Assembly: GCA_038889235.1 (NCBI GenBank)
Contig: JAWAHN010000001.1
Location: forward strand, 404,499 to 436,498
Source of the DNA: Candidatus Jordarchaeales archaeon
GTDB lineage: Archaea; Asgardarchaeota; Jordiarchaeia; Jordiarchaeales; Freyrarchaeaceae
Reading direction: 5' to 3'
DNA: 32,000 nt
Shown here: positions 26,620-32,000 of the stretch, in pieces
Layout of the letters: the number at the start of each line of letters is the position of its first letter
Position numbering within the stretch: the first letter of the stretch is position 1
Made by a program: the position numbers and the translations under genes
The notes under the pieces: model-generated
What the model saw: the letters and a program-made list of their open reading frames with translations, nothing else
What the model was told of the DNA's origin: nothing
The model's database searches: none

Positions 26620-27654
26620 TTGAGTGTGAAGGATCCTTGCATTAGAAAAGGAGTTCTTCAAGAGGAGCTTGGTGGTGGTTGGGCTAGGTGTCTTACTTGT
26701 ATGAGGATGTGTAAGATTCCCGAGGGGGGTGTCGGGTTCTGTAAGACGAGGAAGAACATTTCGGGCGAGATTTACACGCTCATTTATGGCGATATTTCAT
26801 CTATGAGCGCTAACCCTATAGAGAAAAAGCCGTTGTTCCACTTTTTTCCGGGTTCTAAGGCGCTCACTGTTGGTTCTTGGATGTGTAATTTTACTTGCCC
26901 GTGGTGCCAGAACTGGGAGATTAGCAAGTTTCCTCCAGACGAGAAGAGACGCAACTACGTGAGCCCGGAGGACTTCATCAGGATAGCTAAGGTTGAGAAA
27001 TGTGAAGGGACTTCCATATCGTTTAACGAGCCTACGTTAATGCTGGAATACTCCCTAGACGTTTTCAGGCTTGCGAAGAAGAACGGGCTCTATAACACTT
27101 ACGTGACAAATGGTTACATGACGCCTGAGGCGCTACGCGTCTTGGTGGAGTCGGGTCTCGACGCCATGAACGTCGATGTTAAGGGATGTGAAGAAGCTGT
27201 CAGAAAGTACTGCGGAGCCGACGTTGAACATGTCTGGAGGAACATTAAGGATGCGTGGAGGATGGGGGTCTGGGTTGAAATAACGACACTCGTCATTCCT
27301 GGAGTGAACGATGACGAAGACTGCTTGAGAAGCATAGCTTGCAGGATACGCGAAATAGACAGCGACATTCCTTGGCATGTTACAAGGTTTCACCCGGACT
27401 ACGAAATGCTGGATAGGCCGCCAACACCCGTCAAAACACTTGAGAGGGCGAGGATGATAGGCATAGAGGAGGGGTTAAAGTTTGTTTACGTGGGAAACGT
27501 ACCCGGGCACAAGTGGGAGAATACGTACTGTCCGTCGTGCGGCGAACTGCTAATTGAGAGGTACATTTTTTCCATAACAAAGGTGAACGTTGAGGGGGAT
27601 AGGTGCCCAAGTTGCGGCGAAAGGATACCTATAGTTGGAAAGGTGAAGAAGTAG
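26620..27654 (+). CDS. AmmeMemoRadiSam system radical SAM enzyme
   Basis: RCLTCMRMC...GFCKTR, NPIEKKPLFHFFPG, CNFTCPWCQN (CxxxCxxC), SFNEPT, WHVTRFHPDY and C-terminal CPSC motifs; probable TTG/GTG start at 26617-26626. Confidence 0.92.
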   Translation: MSVKDPCIRKGVLQEELGGGWARCLTCMRMCKIPEGGVGFCKTRKNISGEIYTLIYGDISSMSANPIEKKPLFHFFPGSKALTVGSWMCNFTCPWCQNWEISKFPPDEKRRNYVSPEDFIRIAKVEKCEGTSISFNEPTLMLEYSLDVFRLAKKNGLYNTYVTNGYMTPEALRVLVESGLDAMNVDVKGCEEAVRKYCGADVEHVWRNIKDAWRMGVWVEITTLVIPGVNDDEDCLRSIACRIREIDSDIPWHVTRFHPDYEMLDRPPTPVKTLERARMIGIEEGLKFVYVGNVPGHKWENTYCPSCGELLIERYIFSITKVNVEGDRCPSCGERIPIVGKVKK

Positions 27655-27666
27655 ATTAGGTTCTGA

Positions 27667-27713
27667 GTTAAGTAGGAATACATGGTGAATTGTTACTTTC
27701 ATTCCTACTTAAC
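27667..27713. repeat. Perfect 13-bp inverted repeat at the tnpB 3' end (right-end / omegaRNA stem)
   Basis: GTTAAGTAGGAAT (27667-27679) and ATTCCTACTTAAC (27701-27713) with a 21-nt loop. Confidence 0.85.
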
Positions 27714-28823
27714 CCTTCCCTCTCGATTAACTCATTGAGGGCTCTTTGGGGGAACCCTGCTCCCCGCATCTGAAGGTTTAATACCGCTACAACGTCTCTA
27801 TCCATTGTCAATCCGCATTTTTCGCATCGCATTATCCTGCCCCCATAGGAAGCCATGCTTCCTGAACACAGGGGGCAGACCTTGGAGGAGTTTTTAGGAT
27901 CAACATATTTTACTGGTAGGTTAAGCCATTTAAGCTTGTATTCGAGCATGAACTGAAATGCCCTTGCGTTCCACTTTGATAGCTTGCGGTTCATTTTCTT
28001 TGAGCGGTTTAGAATTCGCCTCTTTACGCCTTTCAGGTTTTCAAGTATTGCTCCGCAGCTCTTTTCTTTCAGCTCCTTCGCTATGCTTGCGGTTAGCTTA
28101 TGCATGAAGTCCCTTGCCTTATTCCTCTCACACTTAGAATACTTCTTGAGGAGCATCCTTGATGTATTAGGCTTAATCTTAGATAGCTTTTGTATCCTTT
28201 GCCGCCTGACTTCATAGGCTCTGTGGATGTGATAGAGTCCTCTTAAGTCATAGCGCCTAATCTCGCCATCTATGAGTGCCGTTACGTTTGTCAGGTTCAC
28301 ATCAAAAGAAGCCCACCTATCCGCTTTAGGCTCAACGTCCCTCTTAACCGTAACTATGAGCTCCTTCTCGGTTAGGATTAAACCTCCAACTCTGTCGAAG
28401 TCTTTCGGAATCCATGAATACTTATTCAAGTCAACCTCAAGATACCGCTTATTGGGCTCTATGCTTATCTTTAGTATGCTGTTTCTGAAGCTGAAGAGCG
28501 TGCTCTTAATGTAGACTGTTCTTCTGGTTATCTCAGGCTTACTTTCAGCTCTCCCTCTGTTGTAGAGCGTTATCCAGCCCTTAACAAGCCCTATGACTGA
28601 GTTTATTGCTGAATCGACATAGTGCTTTGAAAACCTCCAGTCTTTCAGCAGCTCACCTCTAAGCTTCCTCCTATCCTCCCTACTGAGGGTTAGACGGGCT
28701 CTATTAGAAAACCTTACATGGGCGAAAATATGCTCCAAGGCTCTCTGCTTAACCTTGAAGTATTCTTCGATTAAATCCCCCTGGAGTTCCTACTGGGATT
28801 CTGTAGCTCTTAACTGCCTCCAC
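27668..28823 (-). pseudogene. tnpB: TnpB RNA-guided endonuclease with a 5' frameshift
   Basis: RuvC-I ASFDVN, RuvC-II ILENL, Zn finger CPLC/CEKC, RuvC-III DRDVVAVLNL; the N-terminus (V/M)EAVKSYRIPV from GTG 28823 is out of frame with DLIEEYFKVKQRALE across a G5 run (28777-28781). Confidence 0.82.
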
Positions 28824-28986
28824 AGTCTTCAACCTCACTCTTAGGATAGCGGAGCTTACCAGTCGGAAGCCTAACAGCCCTAATAATACCCCTCTTCTGC
28901 CACTCCCAGAGAGTTTTAACTGAGATGTTAAATATCTTTGCAACATCTTTCGGCCTAAGCAGTTCTTCGTAATCTTCAGACATCAT
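28810..28986 (-). CDS. MerR/excisionase-like HTH protein (IS607 TnpA N-terminal domain only)
   Basis: LLRPKDVAKIFNISVKTLWEWQKRGIIRAVRLPTGKLRYPKSEV; no serine-recombinase domain follows. Confidence 0.8.
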   Translation of the reverse strand: MMSEDYEELLRPKDVAKIFNISVKTLWEWQKRGIIRAVRLPTGKLRYPKSEVEDCGGS

Positions 28987-29129
28987 TAAGATTAAAATTA
29001 AGATTAAAGTAATCAACCTCTATTTAAACCTATCTACCCCGAAACTGCTGACAACGGCGCTGCGTGGATTTACAGTAAATTTAGAGGAAGGCAACCTGGG
29101 AGAAAAGAGTTTTTATTTTGCGTTAAGTT

Positions 29130-29963
29130 TTGTGGGTTTGTAATAAAAGGGAACGATTTTTCAGTTGGTGGGATGCTGTTTTGAGTCAGGAAGTGGTAGC
29201 TTCAGGAGATTACGTCTTAGTCGTTCTCGACGAGAAGAGGAAGTGGCTTGTTAGGGTCGTGGAGGGGGAAACACTCCACACACATAAAGGGGTTGTAAAC
29301 ATAGGTGCATTGATAGGCATGCCTTACGGCTGCGCAGTTAGAAGCAGTAAGGGGGAGAAATTCTACATTGTAAAGCCCACGCTGGCGGACTTCGCCCTGA
29401 AAGCGAAGAGGGCGACACAGATAATCTATCCAAAGGACCTAGGGTTCATTTTGCTGAACTTGGCTGTGGGGCGGGGGAGCAGAGTGGTTGAGGCTGGTAC
29501 TGGAAGCGGGGTTCTCACAGGGGTTTTGGCGAGCTGGGTTATGCCTGAAGGGAGAGTTTACAGTTACGAGGTAAGGGAGGAGTTCTTAAAGGTGGCTAAA
29601 AAGAACTTGGAGCGCATGGGGGTTGCAGAGTATGTTGAACTTAAGAACAAGGACATACTTGAAGGGATAGAAGAAAAGGAAGTCGACGCGGTGGTACTCG
29701 ACATGGCGACGCCATGGCTAGTCGTACCCTACGCTTACGAGGCGCTTAAAGCCGGGAGGGTCATGGCTTCGTTCAGTCCGACGATAGAGCAGGTCCAGAA
29801 AACGGTGTCTGAAATGGAAAAAGTCGGATTCGTAGATATACACACATACGAGTGCCTATTGAGAGAAATAATAGTTAAAGAGGGTAGGACTAGGCCTGAA
29901 TCCTTTATGGTGGGACACACCGGGTATGTAACCTTCGGACGCAAGGTTATCAGGGAAGCTTAG
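29130..29963 (+). CDS. trmI: tRNA (adenine-N1)-methyltransferase (TrmI/Gcd14)
   Basis: HTHKG, RATQIIYPKD, VVEAGTGSG, YSYEVREEF, VVLDMATPW, FSPTIEQV and HTGYVTFGRK; true start is probably a few codons downstream. Confidence 0.93.
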   Translation: MWVCNKRERFFSWWDAVLSQEVVASGDYVLVVLDEKRKWLVRVVEGETLHTHKGVVNIGALIGMPYGCAVRSSKGEKFYIVKPTLADFALKAKRATQIIYPKDLGFILLNLAVGRGSRVVEAGTGSGVLTGVLASWVMPEGRVYSYEVREEFLKVAKKNLERMGVAEYVELKNKDILEGIEEKEVDAVVLDMATPWLVVPYAYEALKAGRVMASFSPTIEQVQKTVSEMEKVGFVDIHTYECLLREIIVKEGRTRPESFMVGHTGYVTFGRKVIREA

Positions 29964-30751
29964 CCTAGGAGCTTCCCCACCATCTCCTTTAACTTGGAGA
30001 CCACTTTGTCCCGTTTCTCAGCTAGCCTTGAACCATAAGATATGACTAGGTCTTTTCCATCTATTGTGACCTTGGCTAGGAGACCTTCTGGAGATTCAAA
30101 CGTGAAAAATGGTTTTCCCTCTTCTACTTTGCAGCTAACGAGAAGCTCGGGAAACTCCTCCGAGAGCAGGGTGAACAATAACCCGAGCTTGGCTTTACCT
30201 ATCAGCTCGGGTTCTACTTCAGTTGGCTTCGCTTCAACGATTTTTTCGACCTCAGGTTGGGGTGGTAGTGTCGGAGCTTCCCTAACAAGTTGGGCCTGCG
30301 GAGTCCTAGCAGTTACTTCAGCCTTAGTAGGGGGCGGGGCGGGTATTTCAGCACTTGGCGGAGGCGACTCAACGACTGCTTCAACGAGCACCTTGTCTTT
30401 GGCTACGTAGTGCCTTTTAAAGATGGCATTGAGGGCGTCAAATTTCTCTTTAACTTCGGGCTCGGAGAGCTTGGACTCGTCTATTTCAACCAGTTCTTTC
30501 AAATTCCGTCCCACGTTTAGTTTACCGTACGAAAAACCACCTTTCATAACAGATTGAGCAATTCTTGCGGCGGCTCTCTTATCGACCATGCTTCTGTTCT
30601 TTCCCATCCACAAGTAGAGTCGGCTGTCCACTTCGTCTATAAGTAGAATTAGCGAGTCGCTATTTATTGCGTCTTGGCTGAAGGGAATTGGTGCTTTATC
30701 ACCTGACTCAACCTTAACCATAAGCATATATTTAGGCACGGAAGCAGACAC
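29960..30751 (-). CDS. Gelsolin-like domain protein with a Pro-rich linker and an unknown C-terminal domain
   Basis: NSDSLILLIDEVDSRLYLWMGKNRSMVDKRAAARIAQSV matches the gelsolin repeat pattern (S..fIlD....iyvW.Gk.....ek..A...A). Confidence 0.68.
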   Translation of the reverse strand: MSASVPKYMLMVKVESGDKAPIPFSQDAINSDSLILLIDEVDSRLYLWMGKNRSMVDKRAAARIAQSVMKGGFSYGKLNVGRNLKELVEIDESKLSEPEVKEKFDALNAIFKRHYVAKDKVLVEAVVESPPPSAEIPAPPPTKAEVTARTPQAQLVREAPTLPPQPEVEKIVEAKPTEVEPELIGKAKLGLLFTLLSEEFPELLVSCKVEEGKPFFTFESPEGLLAKVTIDGKDLVISYGSRLAEKRDKVVSKLKEMVGKLLG

Positions 30752-31154
30752 AAAAGACCACCTACCAAGACTTCTCTGTTAAAACACCCGATTCAAATAG
30801 TATTGGTTCCGGTACTATTTAAGGATTACATTTAAAAAAGGGGAGAGACTGCAGCAAACGGTAAAACACTTACTTCCCTTCTAAAAGAGATGCCTAAAAA
30901 CGGATGTTTGCCGTAATAGGTGCTTGAAGGAGCTAGTACATTAAGAGGGGGCGCACCAAACGTTCTTAGGCGTCACGGGAAAGAATACGCTGCTTGAAAA
31001 GTTGGTGAAAGATAGAGACACTTGGGAGTGTTTTAAGGTGTCTAGAGGGGCGATTACTTCTCTGAGGGAGAGGGGTCGTCGATGATCTTTCCGTGTGAAT
31101 GGAACCTTAAAGGATTCAAGTCGGAGATGTGGGGAGCGAAAAAAAGAAGGGGGT

Positions 31155-32000
31155 TTAAAGTGGGGGTTTCTTTTGCACGGTTACTTGGCGTACCACAGCG
31201 AAAGGTTTGAACTCACGCCCGGTACCATGGTAGAATTTCATGAACCACTCTACCCAGTGAAGCCTTAGTGTATGCAGGAATGATAGGAGCCCCTCGAAGG
31301 ACAATATGAGCAGCGAGATCAATATTGCCCCTATCAGGGATTCCTGTACTATCACAGGTATCTTTATGTTGAGAAACTCTTGCGTTGAAAGTGCTACTGC
31401 TAGTGTTGGCGTGTATGGGGGGATTTGTAGTCCTAGATGCGAGAATAGGTAGTGTACTGCCGCTAGAGCGAATATTCGTGCGAAGCTCACCGTGTGTGAC
31501 AGGAGTGATAACAGCTGGTCGAATATTTCCGAGAAACCTTCTGACTTGTCATGGGACACCGCTATTGTTCCAACAAGTGCCAGTATTGCCGGTAATAGTA
31601 CGAGGAAGAACACGCTTATTGATGCTGGAGGCAAGTGTATTTCAAAGCGGGAGGTCGAGTTCCAAAGGAAGAGCTGCTCAACTAAGTGGAGGGTCTCTGA
31701 CATTTTCTCTGGGAGAAGGTGTAATGCTTCGAGGAACTCTAAGGTGTGCCAGATTCCCTTGTCTAAAAGGTTGGGTGCTAGAGGCTCGAATACCTTTAAC
31801 GGCCTTACAGTCATGTAGGAAGTTATTGAAAGTCTCGTTATGAGTTCTTGCGCTGTGCGGGAAGCTTCGATCGCGTTAGCTAGGAGCCCAGCCGGGGTTT
31901 CGTGGTGGGCGTGAAGCAACTCTGTTAAATGCTTGTATAAGGCCTCTGCTGTCGGATCTAGGAACAGTGGAGTGTTTGTTAACGGGTTTACGATTAGCGG
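31155..32000 (-). CDS. atpI: A/V-type ATP synthase subunit I (a), 3' part; gene runs off the window edge
   Basis: LLSHTVSFARIFAL (essential Arg) and EGLLSFLHTLRLHWVEWFMKFYHGTGREFKPF; frame stays open to 32000. Confidence 0.88.
   Translation of the reverse strand, partial: PLIVNPLTNTPLFLDPTAEALYKHLTELLHAHHETPAGLLANAIEASRTAQELITRLSITSYMTVRPLKVFEPLAPNLLDKGIWHTLEFLEALHLLPEKMSETLHLVEQLFLWNSTSRFEIHLPPASISVFFLVLLPAILALVGTIAVSHDKSEGFSEIFDQLLSLLSHTVSFARIFALAAVHYLFSHLGLQIPPYTPTLAVALSTQEFLNIKIPVIVQESLIGAILISLLILSFEGLLSFLHTLRLHWVEWFMKFYHGTGREFKPFAVVRQVTVQKKPPL

Larger units (their letters stand above)
27657..29045 (-). mobile_element. Non-autonomous IS607/IS200-605-type element (MerR-like HTH + TnpB); ends approximate
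   Basis: HTH ORF plus tnpB, terminal 13-bp hairpin, and its own TATA (29021-29028); inserted just after the radical SAM stop codon. Confidence 0.75.

Noticed and set aside
1-32000. CRISPR array, rRNA, tRNA, selenoprotein/SECIS
   Set aside because: No regularly spaced repeats, no RNA-gene consensus, and no in-frame TGA in conserved proteins seen

Overview
Archaeal chromosomal window, most likely from a thermophilic Asgard archaeon. This is inferred from two Rab-like GTPases, a Roadblock protein and a gelsolin-like protein, plus the thermophile markers BpsA and a tungsten-type AOR. Positions ~400-12600 are a lower-GC surface-glycan region: pyruvyl transferase, FrhB-like protein, GT-C, GT4, DPM1-like GT2 and a flippase, with a decayed HEPN-MNT pair inside it. 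From ~12700 to the end is core-like genome: FAH hydrolase, speD-bpsA polyamine operon, ferredoxin-AOR, a long hendecad coiled-coil protein, Rab/SSB/Rab, a five-gene KaiB-like/KaiC/GTPase/Roadblock operon, AmmeMemoRadiSam radical SAM, a frameshifted IS607-like HTH+TnpB element, TrmI, a gelsolin-like protein and the 3' part of A/V-ATPase subunit I. Best leads: (1) the operon at 23008-26522 joining a Cys-less thioredoxin-fold (KaiB-like) protein and a CI-type KaiC to an inactive-KaiC::MglA-type GTPase fusion and a Roadblock protein; (2) a ~220-nt structured 5' leader with an SD-occluding hairpin ahead of speD-bpsA; (3) a ~36-hendecad rod protein head-to-head with a Rab-like GTPase. All family calls come from motif recognition by eye; no searches were run. 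No rRNA, tRNA or CRISPR array was seen.
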